The notes below the pieces were generated by a model. That model did not search any database, was not told the DNA's origin, and saw only the letters and a program-made list of their open reading frames with translations. From a virus (taxonomy: Duplodnaviria > Caudoviricetes): a stretch of 41,081 nt of DNA. Both the position numbers and the translations under genes were made by a program. Of this stretch, positions 24,674-33,838 are shown piece by piece. The stretch covers positions 1-41,081 of IMG/VR virus record IMGVR_UViG_3300048998_000206; one strand, written 5' to 3'. The stretch's first letter is position 1; every line of letters begins with the position of its first letter.

Positions 24674-26449
24674 CTACCGCAACAGCGACCCGAACTCGCC
24701 GGCGCGCGGCCGGCTGCTGACCGGCCCCTCTCCCCACGCCTCCGGATCCGACATCACCCGCGGCGGCGCCGCCTTGGGCTTGTCCTTGGGCTTGGCGCGC
24801 GGCCGGGCCGGATCATCCCGCGCGCCCGCGGCGGCCTCGAGCTTGTGGGCCGCCTCGGGCGGGGGGAGCCCGCCGAACATCGAACCGATCTTCGTCCGGA
24901 TGTAGATCCAGCCGTCCGCGCTGTGGTTCGGCGCCGACTTGTCCTCCATCAGCTGGCCGAACTCGTTCGGCTTCCACTGCAGCGTCGACATCTGGTGCTC
25001 GAGCACCGAGCCCGCGATGATGAACGCGCGCTCGTCGACCAGGTCGCCGTTCGTGAGCTCGACGGCGCTGTACTTGTCGCTCTTGTCGGCCGGCTCGATC
25101 CGGATGCCGTAGACCGCGGCGAGCTCGGCGATCACCGCCTCGCCGAGGTGCGCGAGGTCGGCGACGATCGCGACCGGCCAGCCCGTGATTCCGAACAGGC
25201 CGCCGAGCACCGTGTACGCGCCGCCGCCCATCGCGATCCTGACGGCCTCGGGCCCGACCAGCAGCTCGGCGATCAGCTTCGCGTGCATCGCGCGGCGCTC
25301 GAACGACAGCACGTGGAAGAAGCGGCGCGCGCGGTCGCTCGGCGAGAACGCGATGACGTTCAGCGCCATGGGATCGCGCGACCCCATGTCCATGCCGTAC
25401 GCGAACATCCAGTCGTCGAAGTCGTCGGGCAACGCGGCGACGCACGCCTCGAGCATCGCCACGCCCTCGAGCTTCGCGCCACCGTTCGCAAGATCGAGCG
25501 GATCCCACATGTTGCAGATCCGGCCGTCGTCGTGCCGCGCGAGGTAGTGGTACATCGCGAGCGCGACGTCCGCGGCCCACAGCCCGAGGTACTCGCGCAT
25601 CCAGACCGGGTTCTGGTCGCTCCAGCCCTTGGCGGCTTTCTCGACCAGGGCCTCGGTCCAGTTCCGGACCAGCGCCGGGTAGCGCGCGGCGGCGCGCGGC
25701 AGCGCCATGATCTGCACCATGTTCCACGCGTGCGAGCTCCACAGCAGCCAGCCGGCGAACTCGGGATTGTCGCGCTCGGCGTACGGCCGGTGCTTGTCCG
25801 AGCCCGGCCCGGTCGCGTCGAAGAACAAGCCGGCGAGGATGTGGCCGGGCGTGCCGCCGAGCACGATGCAGCCGCCGCGCTCGCCGAGCCGCGGTCCCAC
25901 CGAGCGATCGATGAACAGCTCGAGCAGCAGCGGCACGTGCGATGCGGCCTCGTCGATCTGCACCTCGTCGAACGGCTGGCCACGCCACTTGTTGACCTCT
26001 TTCTTGTCGTCGATGCCGATCAGCTGGTACGTGCCGCCGGTGCGCTTGCAGGTGCACCGCAGCTTGCTCTCGTTGAACGAGAACTCGTTGCTCAGGCCGA
26101 GCTCGTCGATCAGCTGCTTGAGCGGCTCCCAGTTCAGCCGCTCGGCCTCGGGCCCGCTGGTCGCCGCGTAGATGACCCTGGCGCGCTTGATCGAGGTGAT
26201 CTTGCGCAGCGCGCGCACGCGCATCGTCGTGGTCTTGCCGCCGCCGCGGCCGACCAACAGCGACACGCGGCGGCCCGGATCGAGCGCCGCGGCAAGCTGG
26301 TACTCGTGGCAGTCGGCGAGGAGTTGCTCGCTGACCCCGGCCGCCCACGCGGCGTCATCATCGAGCTCGGCCGCGGCTCGATCGCGAGCGGCCGACTTTA
26401 CCCGCGCATGTGGCGCCGTCCGCGCGGCACCTGTCTTCTTGCGCGGCAC
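24674..26449 (-). CDS. terL: Terminase large subunit
   Basis: HEYQ adenine-binding motif, Walker A GRGGGKTT, Walker B VQIDEAA, coupling motif GTP, and RNase H-like nuclease GMDMGSRD...NHSADG. Confidence 0.95.
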   Translation of the reverse strand: MPRKKTGAARTAPHARVKSAARDRAAAELDDDAAWAAGVSEQLLADCHEYQLAAALDPGRRVSLLVGRGGGKTTTMRVRALRKITSIKRARVIYAATSGPEAERLNWEPLKQLIDELGLSNEFSFNESKLRCTCKRTGGTYQLIGIDDKKEVNKWRGQPFDEVQIDEAASHVPLLLELFIDRSVGPRLGERGGCIVLGGTPGHILAGLFFDATGPGSDKHRPYAERDNPEFAGWLLWSSHAWNMVQIMALPRAAARYPALVRNWTEALVEKAAKGWSDQNPVWMREYLGLWAADVALAMYHYLARHDDGRICNMWDPLDLANGGAKLEGVAMLEACVAALPDDFDDWMFAYGMDMGSRDPMALNVIAFSPSDRARRFFHVLSFERRAMHAKLIAELLVGPEAVRIAMGGGAYTVLGGLFGITGWPVAIVADLAHLGEAVIAELAAVYGIRIEPADKSDKYSAVELTNGDLVDERAFIIAGSVLEHQMSTLQWKPNEFGQLMEDKSAPNHSADGWIYIRTKIGSMFGGLPPPEAAHKLEAAAGARDDPARPRAKPKDKPKAAPPRVMSDPEAWGEGPVSSRPRAGEFGSLLR

Positions 26450-26457
26450 CTAACCGC

Positions 26458-26931
26458 TCAGGCCACGGCCGGTTTCTCGCGCTTCGCCGCCACCACCTCC
26501 GCCGGCTCCCAGTTGCTGACGTTCGTCTCGTGCACGCAGCGGGTCGTGGCCGACCGCTTCTCGACGTCGAAGTGGATCACCACGAAGTGGCGCATCGCCG
26601 GCACGTAGACGATCGCGTGGCCGTGCCGCTGATCGAGCGGTTGCCCGGCCGCCGGGCGCCGCGATCGCAGCGGCTCGCCCGCGGATTGGAACCCGGGCAG
26701 GTTCGTCGCGCGGTCCTTGAACGCGACCAGCGCGACGGGGATCGAGTCGGCGGGGAAGCGCGAGAGCCGTTCGTCGATCGCGGTCACCAGCTCGGCGGCG
26801 GTCCACGCGGTGCGCGGCGCGATCGGCGTGACGCCGGCTGCGACCTGGGCCTCGGCCATCTTCTTCCGCTGGGCCTCCATGTACTCGCGCTGCCGGATCG
26901 CGGCCTTGTTGCGCTGCTTGTCTGCGGTCAT
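26458..26931 (-). CDS. Hypothetical protein (157 aa)
   Basis: ATGA coupling, AAGGA RBS, directly upstream of TerL. Confidence 0.75.
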   Translation of the reverse strand: MTADKQRNKAAIRQREYMEAQRKKMAEAQVAAGVTPIAPRTAWTAAELVTAIDERLSRFPADSIPVALVAFKDRATNLPGFQSAGEPLRSRRPAAGQPLDQRHGHAIVYVPAMRHFVVIHFDVEKRSATTRCVHETNVSNWEPAEVVAAKREKPAVA

Positions 26932-27410
26932 CGTCGGGTCCTTTCGTCCTTGGGGAATCGGGCAAGCAGCGGCAGCCACTTCGCCAACGGGATCTTGAAT
27001 CCTATCCGCAAGGCTACCAGCGTCTGGCACGCGTAGTTGAACGGCTTCTCGGGGTCGACGCCGGCGCTGCGTAGCAGCTGCTCGGCCACACCCATCGGCA
27101 TCCCGATGCGTCGGCCGCGCCGGTAGTGGGTCTTCACGAACACGTAGTAGACCAGCGGCGTCTCGTCCTCGGTGTCGGCCACGATGAACCCGGCGATGTC
27201 GGCGGGCGGGGCCTCGTCGGCGATGCAGGCGAGCGTGACCTTCACGCCGGGCCGCGCGATCATCTTCTCGATCTGCGGGATCATGATCGAGTACCAGTCG
27301 CCAACCTGGATCATGCCGGCGCTGTAGCTGTCGCGGTACGACGAGCACCACGCGTCGACCACGAACCGCATGTCGGCCGGCCCGGCGGCTCGGAAGACCA
27401 GCGGCCTCAC
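26928..27410 (-). CDS. GNAT-fold acetyltransferase-like protein
   Basis: FRAAGPAD start, IAGFIV strand, and YVFVKTHYRR...GVAEQLL (acetyl-CoA motif A-like, with an insertion). Confidence 0.7.
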   Translation of the reverse strand: MRPLVFRAAGPADMRFVVDAWCSSYRDSYSAGMIQVGDWYSIMIPQIEKMIARPGVKVTLACIADEAPPADIAGFIVADTEDETPLVYYVFVKTHYRRGRRIGMPMGVAEQLLRSAGVDPEKPFNYACQTLVALRIGFKIPLAKWLPLLARFPKDERTRR

Positions 27411-27421
27411 CGGTCCACCAT

Positions 27422-27442
27422 GGTCGTTTCAGCTGAAATGAC
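27422..27442 (-). promoter_or_regulatory. 21-bp near-palindrome copy 1 (operator-like)
   Basis: The minus strand reads GTCATTTCAGCTGAAACGACC, identical to 39961-39981 on the plus strand; intergenic. Confidence 0.75.
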
Positions 27443-27444
27443 CA

Positions 27445-27825
27445 TCATCGGAGCAGCTCCTTCACCCGGGCGTGCCGGCGCTCCTCGCGCAGCTTCTTGC
27501 GCGCGCGGCGGTAGTCGTTGCGCCGGCCCTCGGCCAGCGGCCTGGTGTCGTTCGACTCGCGGTGCGGCTTCGGGTCGGCCTTGCCCTGATGCGCGGACAC
27601 CACGAACTGCGTGTGGACGGCGGGCGCGCTCGGCCGCCAGTACGAGATCGCCGGGCACGGCTGGCGCGGGAATCGGGTGGAGTTCCGCGGGCACTGCGCC
27701 ACCTCGGGCGGATCGCCGTTGACCTCGCGCGCAACCAGCGCCTCGAACGGTCCGTGATTCGGACAGAAGTAGTCGGCCGTCATCGGCGCGCCCGGCGACG
27801 TGCGGATCTTCATCGTGAACGTCAT
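27445..27825 (-). CDS. FmdB-like zinc-ribbon protein (126 aa)
   Basis: DYFCPNHGPFEAL...QCP...CP...PSAP matches the FmdB zinc-ribbon layout. Confidence 0.65.
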   Translation of the reverse strand: MTFTMKIRTSPGAPMTADYFCPNHGPFEALVAREVNGDPPEVAQCPRNSTRFPRQPCPAISYWRPSAPAVHTQFVVSAHQGKADPKPHRESNDTRPLAEGRRNDYRRARKKLREERRHARVKELLR

Positions 27826-28070
27826 GACGCCCTCGGCATCGCCGTCCACGTCAGCTGGTCAGGCTCGTAGACCTCAGCCGGCCATGGCACCAGCCCGGCG
27901 TTGTCCTCGCGCTCCATGAGGCGCTTGGTGTAGTCGATCGATATGATCGGCGGCAGGTCGCCATCGGGGGTGTCAGTCGCGCCGATGTCGATGCACGTCG
28001 CGCCCGCCGGTACGTCGGCCCAGTACATGATGTCGTCGTCGAACACGACGAACACCCGCCGGGTCGTCAT
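27822..28070 (-). CDS. Hypothetical acidic protein (82 aa)
   Basis: ATGA coupling at both ends. Confidence 0.7.
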   Translation of the reverse strand: MTTRRVFVVFDDDIMYWADVPAGATCIDIGATDTPDGDLPPIISIDYTKRLMEREDNAGLVPWPAEVYEPDQLTWTAMPRAS

Positions 28071-28411
28071 CCCAGCACCGACTTCCGGCTCGAGCTGTCG
28101 AGCGCGCCGATCGCGGTCACCAGCTTCGCCCGCACCTCGCGCGTCTGCAGCTTCGCCCACGCGACGAGCGTGTCGATGCTGATCTTCTTCGTCGCCGCGT
28201 TCGCCGCGGCCTCGGCCTTCCGCAGCTCGGCCGCGATCGTCGTCGCCTTCGAAGCCAGCCACGCGATGCGGCTCGCCTTGTCGTGCTCCTTCGGCGTGAT
28301 CTTGCCGGTGCGGATGCCGCGGATCTCGTCGCGGATCGCCATCAGCGCCTCGCCGAATGCCTCGGCGGCGACGTCCTGTGGTTCCTCGGCATCGGTTTTC
28401 AGCTTCACCAT
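28067..28411 (-). CDS. Helical protein, candidate terminase small subunit (114 aa)
   Basis: First gene after the largest intergenic gap, strong AAGGAG RBS, all-helical. TerS identity is inferred from position only. Confidence 0.45.
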   Translation of the reverse strand: MVKLKTDAEEPQDVAAEAFGEALMAIRDEIRGIRTGKITPKEHDKASRIAWLASKATTIAAELRKAEAAANAATKKISIDTLVAWAKLQTREVRAKLVTAIGALDSSSRKSVLG

Positions 28412-28706
28412 GCGTATTTCACTCCTTTTAGGTGTTTCGGAACACGAAAACACGGTCATGTCAGCGCACGCCCGCAGCCATGGGGGCCAACCGAGGGGAT
28501 ACCCTCCCCATGTCCGGGGGCCGGACACGTAGTGGGATCGCTTGGTATGCCACGGGCTTGACGAATCTTGGCATACGGTATGACATCTCTGGTGCTCAAG
28601 CGGAGCCCTCTGAGGATCGAGAGCAGGCGCCGTTATCGCGAAGGAGAGCGCCGAGGCGCCGTTCTCCGCCTTTTGGTGCCTGCGCTGCGGCCTTGGGCCT
28701 TTTCGG
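28412..28706. promoter_or_regulatory. Late control / packaging-initiation candidate region
   Basis: 295-bp non-coding, lower-GC gap with inverted repeats (GTATGCCA 28545-52, TGGCATAC 28569-76, GTATGACA 28578-85) and G/C runs. Confidence 0.45.
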
Positions 28707-29498
28707 CTACAGCAGCGTCTCGGTGATGCTCGTGATGGCGATGCCAGCTGCCTGCGCGCCGGTCGCCGCAACCAGATAGCTCTCGCCGGCCGGGACGTCG
28801 TACGACACGAACCACGGCTCGGTCCCGCCTTGCGCGACCACGACGCCGACGCCGAGCGTGCGCGAGAACGGCTGCGACGCGCGGACAGCCGCAGGCGTGG
28901 CGAGCGCGTCGGACCGCAGCTCGACACCGGCCGCGACGGTGCCGGCGAGCGACAAGCTCCAGGTCCACGAGCCGCTGGCGTTGACGCGCGTTGCTCGCGT
29001 CGAGCTCGGCGTGCGCTTGGTCGCGAGCGCGAGCGTGATGCTCGAGCCGGCCGCGATCGAGAACGAGGCGCCGGGCGCACCAGTGGCACCGGTCGCGCCC
29101 GCGGCGCCGGGGACGCCTTGCGCTCCGGTCGCTCCGACGGCGCCAGCTGATCCGGTTGCGCCGACAGCACCAACAGCGCCGGTCGGCCCCGCAGGACCAG
29201 TCGCACCGACCGCACCGTCAGCACCCGGCGGACCAGCCGGGCCCGTTGCGCCGGTCGCGCCGAACCCCACGCTGCTCTCGACCCATTGCTGGATCGCGGT
29301 GCCTTTGCCGCGCGAGAGGAAGCACATCGACGCGATCGCGTAGCTGTCGGTGCCCGACCCGTGATCGATCCACGTGGTGCCGTCGGACCACACGACGATG
29401 TGCGCGGTGTTCACGTCGACGACGTGCGTGATCACGCCCTCGTAGTAACGGGTGTCCGTCTCGCGGTAGGTGATGCGCTGTCCTGGTACGGTTGCCAT
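28707..29498 (-). CDS. Collagen-like triple-helix repeat protein (263 aa)
   Basis: 22 consecutive G-X-Y triplets between globular N- and C-terminal domains. Confidence 0.85.
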   Translation of the reverse strand: MATVPGQRITYRETDTRYYEGVITHVVDVNTAHIVVWSDGTTWIDHGSGTDSYAIASMCFLSRGKGTAIQQWVESSVGFGATGATGPAGPPGADGAVGATGPAGPTGAVGAVGATGSAGAVGATGAQGVPGAAGATGATGAPGASFSIAAGSSITLALATKRTPSSTRATRVNASGSWTWSLSLAGTVAAGVELRSDALATPAAVRASQPFSRTLGVGVVVAQGGTEPWFVSYDVPAGESYLVAATGAQAAGIAITSITETLL

Positions 29499-29537
29499 CG
29501 CGAGATGGTAGCGAGCGCTCGTCGGCGCACACCAACC

Positions 29538-29891
29538 TCATCGTCCAGCCGCCTCGGCGTTGCAGCGCCGACAGACGATGCCGCCCTCCGGCGTGAGCAC
29601 ACGTTGTCGTTGCAGGTCGTGTCCGCGCGGACAACGTGCGCGCCGCATCCTGTAGCCGGCGCTCTTGCGCATCTCGTTCTCGCTGCGCGTGACCGGCTCG
29701 AGGTGGTGCAGCGCCGTGCAGTTGCGGCGTCGGCACAGGTGGTCGAGCTCGAGGCCGTCGGGTACCGCGCCACGCGCCGCTGTCCAGGCGGCGATGTGGG
29801 CGCGGGTCCGGCCGTGGAACGCGTAGCCCTCGCGATCGAGTCGACCTGTGGCGAGCAGGCAGCCGAACACGAGGTCGCGCTCCGTGCTCAC
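29538..29891 (-). CDS. HNH endonuclease (HNH_3-like) with C-terminal CxxGH...CxxC finger
   Basis: AHIAAW, LDHLCRRRNC...HLEPVTRSEN, CPRGH and CRRC. Confidence 0.9.
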   Translation of the reverse strand: MSTERDLVFGCLLATGRLDREGYAFHGRTRAHIAAWTAARGAVPDGLELDHLCRRRNCTALHHLEPVTRSENEMRKSAGYRMRRARCPRGHDLQRQRVLTPEGGIVCRRCNAEAAGR

Positions 29892-30295
29892 GTTGATCGC
29901 TTGGGCGCGCCGGCGACGTCGAACCACTCACCGAGCGCGGTGAACGCGGCGCCGATGATCGACATGTCGGGATCGAAGATGTAGCCGTCTTCTCTCGCTC
30001 CCCACACCGTGTGGCGCAGTTCGCGCAGCGACCCGCTCGGGCCGTGGCCGTGGAACATCAGCTCCACCTTCGGGCCGTCGACGATCTTGCCGTTGATCGT
30101 CGACGGCCCGAACGCGCCGCGGAACACGGCGAAGCTGACGTGAAGTTCGTCCTCGACCTGGACCGCGAGCAGGCCACCGTTGCAGAGTTCTCGGGTGTGC
30201 ATCGCGGCGAGCTTGATCGCTCTCTCGTCATACACCTTCATGTCGTCGCCGGTCGGCGCTGGCTCTGGCTCGAGCATCTGGATCATCATCGTCAT
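29888..30295 (-). CDS. Hypothetical protein (135 aa)
   Basis: TGATG coupling; coding-like sequence. Confidence 0.7.
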   Translation of the reverse strand: MTMMIQMLEPEPAPTGDDMKVYDERAIKLAAMHTRELCNGGLLAVQVEDELHVSFAVFRGAFGPSTINGKIVDGPKVELMFHGHGPSGSLRELRHTVWGAREDGYIFDPDMSIIGAAFTALGEWFDVAGAPKRST

Positions 30296-30903
30296 CAGAA
30301 CGGGACCCCGAGCACGTTGCTGATCTTCGTGATCGTGTCGGCGGCCGAGAGGTTTGCGCCGTTGTTGCAGAGTGCGGCGATCTTCGAGATCAGCGGGTCG
30401 ACAGAGTTCGATCGCGCCGGCGTCCCTAGCATCTCTTCGTACGTCTCGATGCGCAGGGCCCACAGCTTGCGCTTGTTCGCGGCGCCCCGCTTAGAGTAGC
30501 TCCACAACTCGAGTCGGCCACCAGCCTTGACCCACTCAAGCGCTCGCGGCTCGGCCAGGATCTTGGTTCGCCGATTCGCATGGCTGGTGCCATCGGTGAC
30601 CTGGATGCCCATGATGCGCGGGTAGTCGCACTGCGCGTCGGGCGGCGCGATCGCGACCACATCGATCACGCCGAACAGGTCGACGGTCGTGAACGTGCGC
30701 GGCAGCCTGCGCTCGACAACCTGCGCGGTCCACCCGCGCTTGCGGAGCTCGGCGAGCGCGCGGTGCGTGAGCGGCGTCGACTTCTTGCGCTTCTTCTTCG
30801 GCGGCGGCGGCTCGACGTCCGCGAGGTGAGCGTCGATGCCGCGGGCTTTGACGTCGGCGAGCGCGGCGCCGACCGACGACGCGGCGATCAGCTTGTCGAT
30901 CAC
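30295..30903 (-). CDS. PD-(D/E)xK-fold nuclease, Holliday-junction-resolvase-like
   Basis: LRKRGWTAQVVE...DLFGVIDVVAI...GIQVT pattern. Confidence 0.7.
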   Translation of the reverse strand: MIDKLIAASSVGAALADVKARGIDAHLADVEPPPPKKKRKKSTPLTHRALAELRKRGWTAQVVERRLPRTFTTVDLFGVIDVVAIAPPDAQCDYPRIMGIQVTDGTSHANRRTKILAEPRALEWVKAGGRLELWSYSKRGAANKRKLWALRIETYEEMLGTPARSNSVDPLISKIAALCNNGANLSAADTITKISNVLGVPF

Positions 30904-31220
30904 GCGCTGGCTCCCAACGGCGTGCCCGCTTCGTCCTCGAACTCCCTGATCACGGCGATCGCGCGGTCGATCTCTACCGCCAAGTCGGTGAACAGCCGGG
31001 CGAGCCGATGAACGCTGGGGCCCATGCTCGCCGGCACATTCCGGATCCCGTCGGGCCGGGTGTCGAGGATGTGCTTCGCGGCGGCGAGCAACGGCATCAC
31101 GCCGATACCAGGCATGCCGCGCTCGCACGCAACGCTGACGAGCTTGCGCACCATCTTGGTGTACGCCTCGTTCTCGGCGGGCGTCGGATTCTCGTACGCG
31201 GTGGTGACTTCGATCGCCAC
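30900..31220 (-). CDS. Hypothetical protein (106 aa)
   Basis: Coupled ORF with GGGGAG upstream. Confidence 0.7.
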   Translation of the reverse strand: MAIEVTTAYENPTPAENEAYTKMVRKLVSVACERGMPGIGVMPLLAAAKHILDTRPDGIRNVPASMGPSVHRLARLFTDLAVEIDRAIAVIREFEDEAGTPLGASA

Positions 31221-31221
31221 G

Positions 31222-31521
31222 CTACTCCCCGTCCTCGTCGTTGGTCTTCTCGGTCTTGACCTTCTCGGTCTTGACCTTCTCGACGAGCGACACGCGGCAC
31301 TCGACGCCCTTCAGGTTCTCGTACAGGTACGCGGTGATCCGGTTCTCGCGCAAGAGGCGATCGACCTCCTGCTTGGCGGCGTTGACGTCCTGACCGGCCT
31401 TGCTCGCCTTGCCCTTCGCCTTCTCGAGCGCGGTGCACGCGTCGTCGAGGGCCTTGATCGACTTCGCCTTGGGCTCGTCGTCGCGTCGGGTGTTCGGCAG
31501 TTCTTCTTGCTTACGGGACAT
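31222..31521 (-). CDS. Hypothetical protein (99 aa)
   Basis: GAGGAG RBS; contains a 15-bp tandem repeat at 31246-31282 (EKVKT x2). Confidence 0.8.
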   Translation of the reverse strand: MSRKQEELPNTRRDDEPKAKSIKALDDACTALEKAKGKASKAGQDVNAAKQEVDRLLRENRITAYLYENLKGVECRVSLVEKVKTEKVKTEKTNDEDGE

Positions 31522-31561
31522 GCGGTTCTCCTCGGTGATGGTGGTCGGTGATGAAGGTGGA

Positions 31562-32623
31562 CTAGTGCTCGGCGCGGAGCACGATGCAGAGCTTGCGGAT
31601 CTCGTCGGTCACGTCAGCTTCGCGCGCGTAGTACAGCGCGTGCGGATATGGGTTCGCGCTGGTCTCGACGCCCGGCGGCGCCTCGAACTCGAGCCGCTCG
31701 AGCGGGATCGCGATGACGTCGGTCAGCTGCCACAGCGCGCGGAACCACTCGGTGCTCGTGTCGAGCCGGAGCAGCGCGCAGAAACGCGTGTGGCCGTAGT
31801 GCGCGAGCGCTTGCTCGACGATGTCGTACGGCGGCTGAAACCAGACGCGCGTGGTCGAACGCGCGATCGACATCTCGATCTCGCCACGTTGCATCGCCTC
31901 GCACGCAGCGACCACGTCGCCCGACGGCGCAACCCAGTACGACCCGGGCGTCTGCGGCACGAACAGGCCGTTGTCACCGCGCTCGAGCTGGCAGCTGAGC
32001 GTCGAGACGATGTGCGATCGCGGGTTCGAGAACGGGTCGAGGTCCCACGGGCCGACGGCGTCGGCGTACTTCTTCGGCGTGCAGTAGCTGCCGCGCTCGA
32101 CATCGCCGCTGCCGCCGTTCACGTTCGCGGTCGACTTGACGCGCTTCGCGAGCGCGTCGATCTCGGTGTCGGCGAGCCCCATCGCTCGCAGCGCGGCGCG
32201 CGGGTCGCGCTTGAGCCGATCGGCCGCGTCCGGATCGATGCCCAGTTCGCGGTACGTCGGCAGCGGGTCACCCGCGGCGCGCGCCGGCGCGTCTGGCCGA
32301 TCGGCGGCGCTGGCCAGCTCCATGTAGCGCCAGGCCGTCGACTCGCTGATCCCCTCGCGCTCGAGGTAGGCCTTCCAGCTGACTCCGCTCGGTCCCCGCG
32401 CGCCCGCCTGCGCCTCGTTGGTCGCCGGCCACAGCGCGCGCGCCGCGACCAGCGCGCGGCCCAACTCGAGCCGGCGCAGGTCAGCGGCCGCGCGCGCGGC
32501 GTCGAGCTTGCGCGCGTAGCTCTCGGCCTTGCCCTCGGCCTCGCGCAGCTCTCCGAGCCGAGCGGTGACGGCGGCGAGCACGGCGTCGGGCTGGCTCGCG
32601 ATGACGGCGGCGATCGACTTCAT
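31562..32623 (-). CDS. Phage Dam-family DNA N6-adenine methyltransferase with N-terminal HTH-like domain
   Basis: YCTP, WDLDPFS, VWFQPPY (NPPY variant), DTSTEWF and RLEF; N-terminal WKAYLEREGISESTAWRYMELA. Confidence 0.85.
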   Translation of the reverse strand: MKSIAAVIASQPDAVLAAVTARLGELREAEGKAESYARKLDAARAAADLRRLELGRALVAARALWPATNEAQAGARGPSGVSWKAYLEREGISESTAWRYMELASAADRPDAPARAAGDPLPTYRELGIDPDAADRLKRDPRAALRAMGLADTEIDALAKRVKSTANVNGGSGDVERGSYCTPKKYADAVGPWDLDPFSNPRSHIVSTLSCQLERGDNGLFVPQTPGSYWVAPSGDVVAACEAMQRGEIEMSIARSTTRVWFQPPYDIVEQALAHYGHTRFCALLRLDTSTEWFRALWQLTDVIAIPLERLEFEAPPGVETSANPYPHALYYAREADVTDEIRKLCIVLRAEH

Positions 32624-33123
32624 CCGCGGGCCCACGTCGCGATCTCGCGCAAGTTCATGATCGGCAGGGGCAGCGCCGCTGGCGGCGTCGAACCTAGTCC
32701 TGTCAGATTGAAGATGCGGCAGCAGCGGTCACGCAGCGTTTCCTCGGCAGACATGCCGATGGGGGCGTGCTCGCTCAGGCCGATGAACGCGTCACGTTCG
32801 GCCGCCATGCCCGCGCTGATCCGCGGGCCGCACAGGACGATGCCGTCGAGCTTGGCGATCAGCGCGCAGTTGTCGCGGATGCCGCGCGCCCGCTGCGCCG
32901 GATCGCTGTCGTCGTCGCCGGCCAGCACGTCGCCGATCCACGGCGCGACGAACGTGATGTCGGGGAACGTGTCGCGGAGCCAGTTACGCCACGCGAGCGC
33001 CTGGCCCGCGTTGTACTTGGTCGCGACCTCGACGGCGTACTCGCAGGCCACGTGACCGGTGGCTGCGATCTCGTCCTCGGTCGGTCGCAGCGGGTGCGCG
33101 ACGTAGAGCACGCGGCGGATCAC
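32620..33123 (-). CDS. Nucleoside 2-deoxyribosyltransferase-like (DUF4406-like) protein
   Basis: LYVAHP...APW...DDSDPAQRARG...D.I..CGPRISAGMAAE. Confidence 0.75.
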   Translation of the reverse strand: MIRRVLYVAHPLRPTEDEIAATGHVACEYAVEVATKYNAGQALAWRNWLRDTFPDITFVAPWIGDVLAGDDDSDPAQRARGIRDNCALIAKLDGIVLCGPRISAGMAAERDAFIGLSEHAPIGMSAEETLRDRCCRIFNLTGLGSTPPAALPLPIMNLREIATWARG

Positions 33124-33338
33124 GGCCGCCACCCACTGCCGGGACCTGGTTGAAAGTGGACCAGACCATCGCGTTTGAGACGTTGCAGAACACGTCCCAC
33201 CGCATCGTACGTCTTCCACTTATCGCAATCCCGGTGGGGTACGCCAGCGACGATGTCGGCGAGCTTCACGGGTTGCTGTTTCGACTTGCGATAGAGTTGC
33301 TGCAGTTTCTTGAGCACGAGCACCGTCGATATCGTCAC
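33120..33338 (-). CDS. Small winged-helix-like DNA-binding protein (72 aa)
   Basis: VKLADI...VGRVLQRLKRDGLV...GW; GAGGAGG RBS; GTGA coupling. Confidence 0.6.
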   Translation of the reverse strand: MTISTVLVLKKLQQLYRKSKQQPVKLADIVAGVPHRDCDKWKTYDAVGRVLQRLKRDGLVHFQPGPGSGWRP

Positions 33339-33838
33339 AGGCTGTTCCTCCTCGGTCCGTTCGTGGTCGTCGCGCGGCGCTTCTCGGCGCGACGGGTCTT
33401 GGCTTCGCTGAGCAGCGCCGGCACGTTCGCGTGCCCGAGCTCGCGGAGTCGCGCGGCGATGGACGCCTCGCGCAGGTCGTTGTCGATCAGGCTGCGCAGC
33501 TCGCGGATCAGCTCGGCGATCTCGGCGCGCTCGCGGTCGTATCGCTCGGCGCGCTCGCGCCTGGCGATCGGCTCGCAGGTCGAGCAGAACACGACCTGCG
33601 ACTTCGGGATCATCCGCTCGCCGCGCTTGGCCAGTAGCGCGTTGCTGCTCTCGAGCGCGGCGACCGTGGTCGCGTTGACCTCGACCATCGCGATCGTGCA
33701 GCGCCGGCACGGCCAGCGCTCGGCCGGATCGTCACCGCCCATCACGCGCGCCGTGGTCCGCGAGCGACCGCGGTCGTGCTCGCTCGCGGACCGAAGCCGC
33801 AGGTCGGCCAGCTGCTCGGGGTCTAGATCGCGCGTCAC
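33335..33838 (-). CDS. Hypothetical protein with two CxxC motifs (167 aa)
   Basis: CRRC and CSTC; GTGA coupling. Confidence 0.7.
   Translation of the reverse strand: MTRDLDPEQLADLRLRSASEHDRGRSRTTARVMGGDDPAERWPCRRCTIAMVEVNATTVAALESSNALLAKRGERMIPKSQVVFCSTCEPIARRERAERYDRERAEIAELIRELRSLIDNDLREASIAARLRELGHANVPALLSEAKTRRAEKRRATTTNGPRRNSL

Noticed and set aside
4144-26608. Very long plus-strand ORFs (e.g. 4144-6105, 8585-11536, 14369-16474, 19510-22302, 21942-24581, 24434-26608)
   Set aside because: Antisense shadows of real minus-strand genes. Stop codons are rare at this GC content and codon bias, and the translations are Arg/Ala-rich with no motifs.
28558-28586. Plus-strand sigma70 (TTGACG...) or sigma54 (TGGCA...) promoter
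   Set aside because: The -10/-12 elements match poorly and there is no plus-strand gene downstream.
28412-28706. tRNA or structured ncRNA in the large gap
   Set aside because: No cloverleaf, T-loop or CCA signature was seen. A covariance-model search would be needed to exclude other ncRNAs.
31246-31282. 15-bp tandem repeat as a regulatory element
   Set aside because: An in-frame EKVKT duplication within a charged C-terminal tail, most simply ordinary slippage.
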